From contig JBCDIB010000001.1 in assembly GCA_038749385.1 (NCBI GenBank), positions 1 through 31,160 of the forward strand: 31,160 nucleotides of DNA, given 5' to 3'. Under the pieces are notes generated by a model. It ran no database searches. It was not told the origin of the DNA and was given only the letters and a program-made list of their open reading frames with translations. Below, in pieces: positions 1-9,109 of the stretch. The position numbers and the translations under genes were made by a program. The stretch comes from Pseudomonadota bacterium. GTDB taxonomy: Bacteria; Pseudomonadota; Alphaproteobacteria; Rhizobiales; Rhizobiaceae. Numbering within the stretch: the first letter of the stretch is position 1; the number at the start of each line of letters is the position of its first letter.

Positions 1-1
1 C

Positions 2-418
2 CTCAATTACGGTTCGGTTGTGGTGGCGGATGCTGACGGCAAGCTGGAAGGCCTGGTGACAGAGCGCGATATCATGAAACGCTTGGTCAATGAGGGTTTG
101 GACGCCAAAAAAACCAAGCTCAGCGAAATCATGACGTCGGAGCTGCGCACCGCCAAGGAAGATGACGATGTGCGCGAGTGGTTGCGGGCCATGTCCAACG
201 AACGGTTTCGCCGTGTGCCGGTGGTGGATGATGGCGGCCACATCAAAGCCATCATGACCCAGGGCGATTTCGTATCTTACACCTGGCCAGACCTGATCTA
301 TCAGGCCAAGGAAATGACGGTCAAAAGCGTGACCAATAACACCCAGACCGCGCTGATTGCCGGTGGTATCGCCATCTATACGATCGTGCTGATCTTTGCA
401 CTGAGGGCGATTTTCTAG
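2..418 (+). CDS. CBS-domain protein with a C-terminal hydrophobic helix (5' end lies outside the window)
   Basis: The frame is open from position 2 (LNYGSVVVADADG...). Two CBS-like repeats are present (VVADADGKLEGLVTERDI and VPVVDDGGHIKAIMTQGDF). The C-terminus ALIAGGIAIYTIVLIFALRAIF is hydrophobic. TAG at 416-418. Confidence 0.85.
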   Translation, partial: LNYGSVVVADADGKLEGLVTERDIMKRLVNEGLDAKKTKLSEIMTSELRTAKEDDDVREWLRAMSNERFRRVPVVDDGGHIKAIMTQGDFVSYTWPDLIYQAKEMTVKSVTNNTQTALIAGGIAIYTIVLIFALRAIF

Positions 419-501
419 TCCAAAACTGGCTCTGCCGCTGCTCGTTGTCGCAGCAGCGCCAGCGGGGGTTTGTGCGGCTGAGAATGTGCTAAGTTACCTG
501 C

Positions 502-1044
502 ATGAGCGTAACCACCGGCAACACTGACAACACCTTTGACGCTGAGCCAACGGCCGCGAGCACCCTGTTTTCTGCCTTGCTTGTGCCCTACCGATCTTTG
601 GCTCCCATCGGCTTCAATTTGCTTATGGCGTTCCTATTTTTGGTGCTCACGTCCATGGGTGTGATGTTCTACCAGATCGGCGCGTGGCCGGTGATCGGCT
701 TCTGCGGGCTGGATTTGCTGCTTATCTGGTTCGCCTTCCATGTGAACTACAAAGCCGCAAAGGCTTATGAGGAGGTTGAGCTTGATCGGACGCAGCTGCG
801 CGTGCGCAAGGTCGATGCCAATGGCCGTGAAGCGCACCACGAGTTCAATCCATTCTGGACGCGCTTTCAGGTCGAACGCCATGACGAAATTGGCATCACA
901 TCCATGGTGCTCACATCCCGTGAGCCCAACGAGGACCCCTCAAAGCGTCAGCGAAAAGTCGCCATCGGCTCGTTTTTAAATCCTGATGACCGCGAGAGTT
1001 TCGCCAAGGCATTTGGTCAGGCTCTGGCGACTGCCAAGGCATAA
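502..1044 (+). CDS. DUF2244-family integral membrane protein
   Basis: L.P.RSL...GF motif, two TM helices, GAWPV.GF.GLD motif, FNPFW and a C-terminal IGSFL...R..FA..L motif, all typical of DUF2244. Confidence 0.85.
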   Translation: MSVTTGNTDNTFDAEPTAASTLFSALLVPYRSLAPIGFNLLMAFLFLVLTSMGVMFYQIGAWPVIGFCGLDLLLIWFAFHVNYKAAKAYEEVELDRTQLRVRKVDANGREAHHEFNPFWTRFQVERHDEIGITSMVLTSREPNEDPSKRQRKVAIGSFLNPDDRESFAKAFGQALATAKA

Positions 1045-1175
1045 GTTCGCAAACCCGCAAGAAACGGGTGGTGACAGTTTGCACGGGGCCTTACCGTCGC
1101 CCCATGAAACATGATCTGCACAGTCCGGCCAACCGCCGCTATGGTGGTATTGCCCAACCCATCACCGACACGATA

Positions 1176-2024
1176 ATGGAGCGCGACGGCGATTACGCCC
1201 TCGTGCGATCTGCCATCGAATATATTTCAGAAAACTGGCTGGCGCAGCCCGGCCTCGCTGAATTGGCAAGCCATCTGGGTCTGGGTGAAACCGCCACGCA
1301 GAAGCTGTTCAAACGCTGGGCTGGATTGTCCCCGAAAGCGTTCCTTCAGGCTGTTACGCTCGACCACGCCAAGCGTCTGCTCCGCGATGACGCCCTGCCT
1401 TTGCTGGACGCAACCTATGAGCTCGGCCTCTCATCGCCATCACGGCTACACGATCTTTTCGTCACTCACGAAGCCATCGCGCCGGGTGTCTGGAAAGCCA
1501 AGGGCGAGGGGCTGAGAGTCGAGTATGGCTTTCACCGCTGCCCCTTTGGTCAGGCACTAATTATGGCCAATGCAGGCACTTTGGTCGGCTTGGCTTTTTG
1601 CGATGCAGGCGAAGAGAAGATGGCTCTGGAAGATATGCAATCCCGCTGGCCCCGCGCGACCTATACCAACGATCTAGCTGCCACAGCGCCCCTGGCGGCG
1701 CGCGTGTTTGACCCATCGCAATGGTCTGCCGATCAGCCGCTCCGGGTTACTCTTATAGGCACCGATTTTGAGATTTCAGTCTGGGATACGCTTTTGTCCA
1801 TTCCGCTGGCCCAAGCCCGCACCTATTCGGACATTGCGGAGGCTATCGAGCGCCCCAAGGCTGTGCGCGCCGTTGGTGCTGCGGTGGGAAAGAACCCGAT
1901 TTCTTTTGTCGTTCCCTGCCACCGCGCCTTGGGCAAAACGGGCAAGCTGACCGGATACCATTGGGGGCTGACGCGCAAGCAGGCCATGTTGGGTTGGGAA
2001 GCAGGGATTGCTGCTGACGATTAG
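1176..2024 (+). CDS. ada: Bifunctional AraC-HTH / methylated-DNA--protein-cysteine S-methyltransferase (Ada/Ogt-like, no N-terminal Zn domain)
   Basis: AraC-type HTH region (FKRWAGLSPKAF...GLSSPSRLHDLF) followed by an alkyltransferase domain with RAVGAAVGKNP and the active-site PCHR. The start is uncertain (ATG 1104 or 1176; the ORF track starts at 1068). Confidence 0.9.
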   Translation: MERDGDYALVRSAIEYISENWLAQPGLAELASHLGLGETATQKLFKRWAGLSPKAFLQAVTLDHAKRLLRDDALPLLDATYELGLSSPSRLHDLFVTHEAIAPGVWKAKGEGLRVEYGFHRCPFGQALIMANAGTLVGLAFCDAGEEKMALEDMQSRWPRATYTNDLAATAPLAARVFDPSQWSADQPLRVTLIGTDFEISVWDTLLSIPLAQARTYSDIAEAIERPKAVRAVGAAVGKNPISFVVPCHRALGKTGKLTGYHWGLTRKQAMLGWEAGIAADD

Positions 2025-2048
2025 GTCTCGCGCCCTATGTCTTGACCC

Positions 2049-2732
2049 ATGTCTCAAGCCAAGTCCAAACCCTATGCCGATACGCTGATGGATGACGCGG
2101 CCATCGCGGAAACCTATAAGCGCCTGTCCGACACTATGCCCGGCCGCACGCCCACGGCCACCGGCCCAAAGGGGCAGCGTGATCCGTTTCAAAGCTGTGT
2201 CAGCTGCATGCTGTCGGCACAAAGCCGTGACGTAAACACGGCCAAGGCTGCCAACCAATTGTTCGCTCTGGCGGACACCCCCGAAGGCATCTTGGCGCTT
2301 AGCGATGAGCAGATCGCCACGGCCATCAAGCCTTGTGGCCTTTACAATATGAAGACCAAAAACCTGCGGAAGATGTGCAGCTTTCTACTGGAAGAGTTGA
2401 ACGGCGAGGTGCCCACCAGCCGTCCGGGCCTTATGAGCATGCCGGGCATTGGCCGAAAATGCGCCGACATCGTCATGAACTTCACGTTCGGCGAGGACGT
2501 GATTGCCGTTGACACCCACATCCACCGTGTTTGCAACAGACTGGGACTGGCTGCGGGTAAGACCGAGGAACAGACGGCCAAGAGCCTGGAGAAACGCTCG
2601 CCGGATTGGGCAAAGCGCGATGGGCACTTTTGGCTGCTTCAGTTCGGCAAGAAAATCTGCCCTTCGCGCGCGCCCAAATGTGGCGACTGCTTTCTGAGCG
2701 ATTTGTGCTTGTGGGATGAGAAGCGCATTTAG
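2049..2732 (+). CDS. nth: Endonuclease III (HhH-GPD DNA glycosylase/AP lyase, 4Fe-4S)
   Basis: LSAQS.D motif, HhH MPGIGRKCA with the catalytic Lys, VDTH with the catalytic Asp, and the C-X6-C-X2-C-X5-C cluster loop (CPSRAPKCGDCFLSDLC). Confidence 0.9.
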   Translation: MSQAKSKPYADTLMDDAAIAETYKRLSDTMPGRTPTATGPKGQRDPFQSCVSCMLSAQSRDVNTAKAANQLFALADTPEGILALSDEQIATAIKPCGLYNMKTKNLRKMCSFLLEELNGEVPTSRPGLMSMPGIGRKCADIVMNFTFGEDVIAVDTHIHRVCNRLGLAAGKTEEQTAKSLEKRSPDWAKRDGHFWLLQFGKKICPSRAPKCGDCFLSDLCLWDEKRI

Positions 2733-2880
2733 CCAGAACACCTAAAATGAGAAACAAGGAGGCAAGACTGGGTTTACCATTCTTGCATTCAGCAGGCGCA
2801 GACGCCGCCAAATAAACTGTTTTTCGAAGATTATTCGGCAGCTTGCTCCCAGCGCCCGCATCGGGCCAGAGGGGCAAATT

Positions 2881-5022
2881 ATGAAATTTCTTTCCATGAA
2901 AGAGCTGTCGCGCGTGGTTCAGACGATCCGCTTTCGCCTGACCGCGGCCATGATCGGCGGCGTCATCCTTACTGTGCTGGCCTTGGTGCTGGTGAATGTG
3001 AACAGCTACACAAACAAAGCGCACGATGCGGCGGAAGTTCAGTCTGCTGCCATCGCCAAGTCTGCATCCGCAGCTTATTTGGATTTCAGAGCTGACCGCG
3101 ATCCAAAGCGTTTCCAACGCACCATGAACGGTCTCGCAACCGATGAGATGGTGCAGCGGGTCGTTGTGCTGAACCAGATTGGTATTCCGGTGTTCGACAG
3201 AAACCGCATGCTCAATCGTGACGACAGAAAGACAGTTGAGCGCGACATGCTGCGCAGCGTGAAAGCGGACGGAGGCACGCTCACCGTCCACGCCGATGAC
3301 AGCTGGAAGCATGCGCAGGCCTTCAGGCTTGATGAAAAGCGCCAGATATTCGTGCTTGTAACGATGGAAGCCAAACAGTTCGGCACACTGGCGGCTGAGA
3401 TTTTTGGCAAGATGAAATATGCGCTGCTGGTGTTTCTGGCGCTCACGGCAGCGGGTGCCACCTGGCTGGTGAACTGCATCACAACCGGGCTGAAACATGT
3501 CGAGCGGCGGGCTGCGCGGGTCGCGGCCGGCGATCTGAGTACACGCATTGAGATCAAGGGCCGCAGCGAAATCGCAGACCTTGGGCGCAGCCTAAACAAG
3601 ATGATCGACGCCATGCAGACCCAAATGTCCCAGATCCATGATCTGGCCTATATGGATGGTACAACCAAGCTTCCAAACCGGGCCTATTTCCGCCGCGAAT
3701 TGACCCGTACATTGGATCTCGCCCGCCGCAATGACCGCCAGGGCGCGCTTTTGTTCATCGACTTGGACGGCTTTAAGAAGGTCAACGACACACTGGGCCA
3801 CGACGCAGGTGACCTGTTGCTCCGTGAATTTGCCCGGCGCGTGGCCATGACCATCCGTGACGCAGACATGATCTCCCGCGCAGCAGAAGAAGGCGAAAGC
3901 CAAGGCGGCGAGGGCGATGCGTCGGTGGCCCGCATCGGTGGCGACGAGTTCACCCTCCTATTGCCTGAATTGGCACGGCCCGATGACGCAGCCATCGTAT
4001 CGCGTCGCATCATAGAATTGCTGGATGAACCCTTCACGGTGAAAGGTCAGCAGGTCTTTGTGGGGGCATCCATCGGCATTTCCTGCTTCCCGCAGGACGG
4101 TCATGAAGCGGGTGTGCTGCTGAAAAACGCCGACATGGCCATGTACGCCGCCAAAGCTGCCGGCAAAAACACCTATGTGTTCTTTTCGCGGGATATGAAC
4201 GTCAAGGCGCACTCGCGGATGTCGGTTGAAACCGACCTGCGGCTGGCCGTCGAATCCAACGAGTTCGAGGTGCACTACCAGCCCAAGGTCTGCACCACGA
4301 ACGAGCAAATCCGTGGCTATGAGGCGCTTGTGCGCTGGAACCACCCGACCCGCGGAATGGTCAGCCCTGGCGAGTTCATTCCGGTTGCCGAGGAAACGGG
4401 TCTCATTTTGCCCATCGGCTATTGGGTGCTGGAAGAGGCCTGCCGCTTCGCCCACAATCTGCATACCGAAGGCGGCAAGCTGCCGGTGGCGGTGAACGTC
4501 TCAATGGCACAGTTCGAGCGCAAGGATTTCGCCGAGCGGGTGTTGGAAATCGTCGACCGCGTCGGTATCGACCCCCATTTGCTGGAGCTCGAGATCACCG
4601 AAAGCATGGCCATGTCCGACACCAACCATGCCCGCGAGATCACTGAAGAATTGCGTCTGCGTGGGATCAAGTTCGCCATCGACGATTTTGGCACAGGTTA
4701 TTCTTCGCTCTCCACCATTACCAAGCTGCCTTTCGACGTGTTCAAGATCGATCGTAGCTTCATCAACCAGATGGGCGATGACCGTGAGGCAAAGATCATC
4801 GTCAAGACGATCCTCGCCATGGCCCAGAGCCTTGAGCTGGAAACACTGGCCGAAGGCGTGGAAACAAAAGAGCAGGCCGAGCAGCTGGGCGAACTTGGTT
4901 GCCACGACGCTCAAGGCTTCCTGTACGCCAAGCCGATGGCCGGCAAAGAGCTGCGCAAATGGATCAAGTCCCACGAGGGCGGCAATGCGCAGGCAACACG
5001 GCGCGAAGCGGACCGAGTGTAG
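2881..5022 (+). CDS. Membrane-bound HAMP-GGDEF-EAL diguanylate cyclase/phosphodiesterase
   Basis: Two TM segments flank a periplasmic region, followed by HAMP (AARVAAGDLSTRI...EIADL). FIDLDGFKKVND and GGDEF are intact, as are EAL (YEALVRW), ELEITES, DDFGTGYSSL, KIDRSF and AEGVE. Confidence 0.95.
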   Translation: MKFLSMKELSRVVQTIRFRLTAAMIGGVILTVLALVLVNVNSYTNKAHDAAEVQSAAIAKSASAAYLDFRADRDPKRFQRTMNGLATDEMVQRVVVLNQIGIPVFDRNRMLNRDDRKTVERDMLRSVKADGGTLTVHADDSWKHAQAFRLDEKRQIFVLVTMEAKQFGTLAAEIFGKMKYALLVFLALTAAGATWLVNCITTGLKHVERRAARVAAGDLSTRIEIKGRSEIADLGRSLNKMIDAMQTQMSQIHDLAYMDGTTKLPNRAYFRRELTRTLDLARRNDRQGALLFIDLDGFKKVNDTLGHDAGDLLLREFARRVAMTIRDADMISRAAEEGESQGGEGDASVARIGGDEFTLLLPELARPDDAAIVSRRIIELLDEPFTVKGQQVFVGASIGISCFPQDGHEAGVLLKNADMAMYAAKAAGKNTYVFFSRDMNVKAHSRMSVETDLRLAVESNEFEVHYQPKVCTTNEQIRGYEALVRWNHPTRGMVSPGEFIPVAEETGLILPIGYWVLEEACRFAHNLHTEGGKLPVAVNVSMAQFERKDFAERVLEIVDRVGIDPHLLELEITESMAMSDTNHAREITEELRLRGIKFAIDDFGTGYSSLSTITKLPFDVFKIDRSFINQMGDDREAKIIVKTILAMAQSLELETLAEGVETKEQAEQLGELGCHDAQGFLYAKPMAGKELRKWIKSHEGGNAQATRREADRV

Positions 5023-5034
5023 AGAGCGCTCAGT

Positions 5035-5063
5035 TCAGCGAAGATCACGTCAGCGAAGATCAC
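5035..5063. repeat. Two-copy 14-bp direct repeat TCAGCGAAGATCAC (period 15)
   Basis: Copies at 5035-5048 and 5050-5063, read directly from the sequence. Confidence 0.8.
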
Positions 5064-5090
5064 AGCCCGGCCATTTGGTCGGGCTGTTTT
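5062..5090 (+). terminator. Intrinsic terminator downstream of the GGDEF-EAL gene
   Basis: Stem ACAGCCCGGCC / GGTCGGGCTGT with loop ATTT, followed by TTTT, between convergent genes. Confidence 0.65.
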
Positions 5091-5093
5091 CGT

Positions 5094-5744
5094 TTAGCTG
5101 GTTGCCAGCTTATAGCTCGCAAAGGCGAAAACGCCGCCCAGCAGCCCTTCGATCCAGCGGCGGGCGCGGCGGTAGGCGGTCATGGCCGTCTTCGTGGCGA
5201 AGACGAGGGCGTAGCCCTGGTGAATGGCGGTGGTGATACACAGGCTCCCTGCAACGGTGAAGATCAAGACCGGCAGTCCACCGCCGCCCATCTGTGAAAT
5301 CGCCACTGTTGCTGTCCAACCCAGCACAGCTTTTGGATTTGTCAGGTGAATGAGTGCACCTCTGCGAAACAACGAACGCCTGTTAGGCATCGCCGCCATG
5401 CCTGCCGCATCAGCGTTCGCGCGACCGGGGGTTAAAGCGGAACGGAGTGCCTTCCACGCCATCCATGCCAGATAGACGGCTCCAACCAGCTTCAGCACCA
5501 TCAACGCGTAGGCAAAGCTGGTGAGCCAAGCCGCAACGCCGACCGAAGCGATCAGGGCCCAAGTGGCGCTGCCGCTCAGAACACCCCAGGTAAGCGTCAT
5601 GCCGGCGCTTCGGCCATGAGCCATGGAAACGCCCATGATGGCCATAGCTGCCGGGCCGGGCGTCGATGCTGCCACCGCAAGGGCGCCCCAAGCCAACAAA
5701 ATAGATGGCCAATGGGCGCTGATCTGTATCCAGAAGTCCTGCAT
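5094..5744 (-). CDS. LysE/RhtB-family amino acid exporter
   Basis: TPGPA motif, G...GV..G helix, LK..GA.YL.W...K and G..I.LTNPKA..W motifs, about 6 TM segments. GGAGAGG RBS upstream of the ATG. Confidence 0.92.
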   Translation of the reverse strand: MQDFWIQISAHWPSILLAWGALAVAASTPGPAAMAIMGVSMAHGRSAGMTLTWGVLSGSATWALIASVGVAAWLTSFAYALMVLKLVGAVYLAWMAWKALRSALTPGRANADAAGMAAMPNRRSLFRRGALIHLTNPKAVLGWTATVAISQMGGGGLPVLIFTVAGSLCITTAIHQGYALVFATKTAMTAYRRARRWIEGLLGGVFAFASYKLATS

Positions 5745-5774
5745 CTACCTCTCCTGCCCCCGTCAGCCGGTTTC

Positions 5775-6410
5775 CTAGTGCGCTTTGTTTTCGTCGCCCA
5801 GCACTTCCTTTCTGGCAACGGTGCTGTCGGCGTTAAGCTTGAAAATCATGGGCACGCCTGTGGCGATTTCGCGTTTGACGATACTGTCTTCATCGTGGCC
5901 TTCCAGCACCATCAGCACGGAGCGCAGGGAGTTGCCGTGGGCGGCCACCAGCACGGTTTCGCCTCGCAGGACGCGGGGTAGAATTGCGGTCATGTAATAG
6001 GGCCACACCCGCGCTCCGGTATCTTTCAAGCTCTCGCCACCGGGGGGCGGTACGTCATAGCTTCGGCGCCAGATGTGCACCTGCTCGTCGCCCCATTTTT
6101 CGCGGGCATCGTCCTTGTTCAGGCCGGCCAGATCACCATAGTCGCGCTCATTGATGGCGATGTTGCGGATGGTTTCCAGATCGCTCTGGCCCACCCCATC
6201 GAGGATGTATTGCGCGGTGCGCTGGGCGCGGGTCTGCATAGATGTGAAGCAGATATCAAACTTCATGCCACGCGCGCCCAGGGTTTTGCCGGCTTCTTGT
6301 GCCTCGGCTTCGCCCTTGGGCGTCAGGTCCGGATCTTTCCAGCCGGTGAACAGATTCTTGAGGTTCCACTCGGATTGGCCGTGGCGGACGAGGACGAGAG
6401 TTCCGGACAT
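5775..6410 (-). CDS. gpmA: 2,3-bisphosphoglycerate-dependent phosphoglycerate mutase
   Basis: [46 protein letters not shown]. Confidence 0.97.
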   Translation of the reverse strand: MSGTLVLVRHGQSEWNLKNLFTGWKDPDLTPKGEAEAQEAGKTLGARGMKFDICFTSMQTRAQRTAQYILDGVGQSDLETIRNIAINERDYGDLAGLNKDDAREKWGDEQVHIWRRSYDVPPPGGESLKDTGARVWPYYMTAILPRVLRGETVLVAAHGNSLRSVLMVLEGHDEDSIVKREIATGVPMIFKLNADSTVARKEVLGDENKAH

Positions 6411-6429
6411 TTTGGTTTTCCTATTTCAA

Positions 6430-7236
6430 TCAATCGGTGAGGCCGAGCACATCCATCATGGAATAGCGGCCAGGTTTTTTGTTGAAGGCCCACAGGGCGG
6501 CGCGCACGGCCCCTTGGGCAAATATGGCGCGGTCTTCGGCATGGTGAGACAGGGTGATGCGCTCGCTGGGGCCTGCCAGAATAACTGAATGGTCCCCTGT
6601 TACCGAGCCGCCCCGCAGCGTGGCGAACCCGATGCTGCCATTGGGCCGGGGGCCGGTGTAGCCGTCCCTCACGCGAACCGATTGGTCGGCCAGGTTGATG
6701 GCGCGGCCGGCAGCGGCGGCTTCCCCAAGCAGAAGAGCGGTGCCAGAAGGCGCATCCACCTTATGCTTGTGATGCATTTCCAGCACTTCAATGTCGAAGG
6801 CGTCCGGACCCAAAGCGGCGGCGGCTTTCTCAACCAATTTGGCCAACAGGTTCACACCGAGGCTCATATTACCGCTTTTAACGACACGGGCATGTCGGCT
6901 GGCGGCGTCGATCTTGGTTTCATCTTCCGCGCTGCAACCGGTGGTGCCGATCACGTGCACGATGCGCGCTTGGGCTGCCAGCTCAGCATAAAAAAGCGTG
7001 GCCTCGGGCTGGGTGAAATCCACCACGCCCTCAGCTTCGACAAAGGCGGCCAGAGGATCATCGGTTATGGTGACACCCAGCTGTTCCAACCCGGCCAGCG
7101 TGCCAGCATCCTTGCCGATGCTGTCTGCGCCTTGCCGGTCGACGGCGCCGGATAATTCAGCGCCTTCAGTGGCAACAATCGTGCGAATAAGGGCTTGGCC
7201 CATGCGGCCGCCAGCCCCGGTTACAACGAGTTTCAT
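6430..7236 (-). CDS. dapB: 4-hydroxy-tetrahydrodipicolinate reductase
   Basis: GAGGRMG Rossmann motif, [27 protein letters not shown]. The start overlaps the upstream stop (ATGA). Confidence 0.97.
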   Translation of the reverse strand: MKLVVTGAGGRMGQALIRTIVATEGAELSGAVDRQGADSIGKDAGTLAGLEQLGVTITDDPLAAFVEAEGVVDFTQPEATLFYAELAAQARIVHVIGTTGCSAEDETKIDAASRHARVVKSGNMSLGVNLLAKLVEKAAAALGPDAFDIEVLEMHHKHKVDAPSGTALLLGEAAAAGRAINLADQSVRVRDGYTGPRPNGSIGFATLRGGSVTGDHSVILAGPSERITLSHHAEDRAIFAQGAVRAALWAFNKKPGRYSMMDVLGLTD

Positions 7237-9065
7237 GCCCGCAAATCCTTCTGCGTATCTTTCCGGGGTTCAGACGGGACCGTTTCGATGTGACCCGCTT
7301 GGAACTGCGCGTACGCGCCCCCCGCATTCATTAATTGCCCGTGCTGCCCGCTCTCCACAATATGTCCACCGGACATAACGTAAATCGCGTCGGCACTGCG
7401 AATGGTGGACAGGCGGTGTGCGATGACGATGGTTGTCCGCGTGCCGGCCAGATCATCGATCGCGGCCTGCACCTTGGCTTCACTATCATTGTCGAGGGCC
7501 GATGTTGCCTCGTCGAGCAGCAAGATGGGAGCGTCTCGCAATATGGCCCGGGCTATCGATATGCGCTGGCGCTGGCCGCCGGACAGGTTTGTGCCGCGCT
7601 CGCCCAAGGGCGTGTCGTAGCCCAGTGGCAGGGCGCTTATGAAGTCGTGGGCATAGGCCGCACGGGCGGCTTTTTCGATGGCATTTTGGTCGCTTGTGTA
7701 TGCACCGAAAGCGATATTCTGCGCGATGGTGCCCTCAAACAAAACCGGCGATTGCGATACATAGGAAATGGCCTCGCGCAGACTGTCGGAGGTTATGCCT
7801 GCAATGTCCTGATCATCCACCCGCACCGTCCCGGCGCTCGGGTCATAAAACCGCAGCAGGAGAGAGAAAAGCGTGCTCTTGCCGCTGCCCGAAGCCCCAA
7901 CAAGTGCTGTTATTTTGCCCGGCTCGGCCACCAGGCTTACGTTCTGCACCACCGGCAGATCGTCATCATAGCCAAAGGATACTTCGTCAAATTCCACCCG
8001 TCCGACACCGGCCTTTAATTCTTGGGCATTGGGCCTGTCGCTCTGGCGCGGCGGTGTGCGCAAAATGCCCTCAACCATGCGGGCGTTGGTGGTTACCCGC
8101 TCAAAGCCCACCCGTAGCGCCAGCAAGCGCTTCACCGGATCGTAGAGCATGATGAGCGCTGTGAGAAACGCAAAGAAACTGCCCGGGTCAACATCGCCAC
8201 CAGCGGCGCGCATGCCCACAAAGACCAGCAGCCCGCCCACGGATAGGCCCGCCAATATCTCGATTATCGGGCCGGTGGCGGCGTCGGTACGAACCGCGGC
8301 GTTGGACGCCTTTTCCGCCTGCCGGATCTCGTCACTTGCGCTGTCCCGAAAGCGATCCTCAAGATTGAACGCCTTTACGATGTCCATGGACGACACGGTT
8401 TCCTGAAAACGTGACGCCACGCGGGCCACGGCGCCGGTCAGGGCCACGGTCTGTTTTTTCATGCGCTTGATCAGATTTCGGGTCGATAGGCCGCCGGCAA
8501 TCACCACGAACAAGGCAACGCCTGTCAGCTGCGGTTCCAGGGCTATCATCACCGCAAACAGCCCGATGACGGTCACCGTTTCGCGCGTTATGCCGGACAG
8601 CACGGCCACGATCATCTGCCGCATGGAGTTAATGTTCTCGTTGATCTCTCCGACCAAGTAGCCGGAGCGGGATTTGGCGAAATAGTCGAGACCAAGGGTC
8701 AGAAGGTGGTTGTAGATTTTCTGCTGGTAGGTGGCGACGATGGAATTGCCGATGCGGCCCAGCGATATTTTGGCCACAAAGCCCGCAACCCCCCGGCCGA
8801 TATAGGCGGCCACAAACCCCCCGGCGACCAAGAAAACCAGGCTGGTATCGGTGGCCAGAAGCACCTCATTGACGATGTCTTTCACCATCCATGCCAACAG
8901 CCCGCTAGTGCTGCCAACGATCAACAGACTGATGATGGCCAACACATAGGTGTAGGGCTGCAGGCGAACATCTTCGCCGAGAATGCGGCGGAAAATGTCC
9001 CAACCGCTTTCCGCCATCGCATCGCGTGCGGGTGGCACCGTCTCAGATATGCTTGGTGAGCCCAT
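7233..9065 (-). CDS. MsbA-like ABC exporter (fused TMD + NBD)
   Basis: Six-TM N-terminal domain, Walker [10 protein letters not shown], signature LSGGQRQRI, Walker [13 protein letters not shown] and the IAHRLST H-loop. Likely start ATG 9065 or 9017; the ORF-track start at 9134 overlaps glk. Confidence 0.92.
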   Translation of the reverse strand: MGSPSISETVPPARDAMAESGWDIFRRILGEDVRLQPYTYVLAIISLLIVGSTSGLLAWMVKDIVNEVLLATDTSLVFLVAGGFVAAYIGRGVAGFVAKISLGRIGNSIVATYQQKIYNHLLTLGLDYFAKSRSGYLVGEINENINSMRQMIVAVLSGITRETVTVIGLFAVMIALEPQLTGVALFVVIAGGLSTRNLIKRMKKQTVALTGAVARVASRFQETVSSMDIVKAFNLEDRFRDSASDEIRQAEKASNAAVRTDAATGPIIEILAGLSVGGLLVFVGMRAAGGDVDPGSFFAFLTALIMLYDPVKRLLALRVGFERVTTNARMVEGILRTPPRQSDRPNAQELKAGVGRVEFDEVSFGYDDDLPVVQNVSLVAEPGKITALVGASGSGKSTLFSLLLRFYDPSAGTVRVDDQDIAGITSDSLREAISYVSQSPVLFEGTIAQNIAFGAYTSDQNAIEKAARAAYAHDFISALPLGYDTPLGERGTNLSGGQRQRISIARAILRDAPILLLDEATSALDNDSEAKVQAAIDDLAGTRTTIVIAHRLSTIRSADAIYVMSGGHIVESGQHGQLMNAGGAYAQFQAGHIETVPSEPRKDTQKDLRA

Positions 9066-9109
9066 AGGGTCTCTTATCGCAGCGAACCGGCTTTTAACAG
9101 ACGCGGGCG

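Noticed and set aside
2747-2815. 22-codon ORF MRNKEARLGLPFLHSAGADAAK in the nth/GGDEF intergenic region
   Set aside because: There is no RBS upstream of its ATG, no motif and no other support. No c-di-GMP riboswitch consensus was recognised in this region either.
2482-3498. 338-aa minus-strand ORF and the many other 100-370 aa antisense or alternate-frame ORFs (e.g. 12562-13410, 16283-17401, 10940-11683)
   Set aside because: They fully overlap well-supported genes and show no recognisable motifs. Such shadow ORFs are expected in GC-rich DNA.
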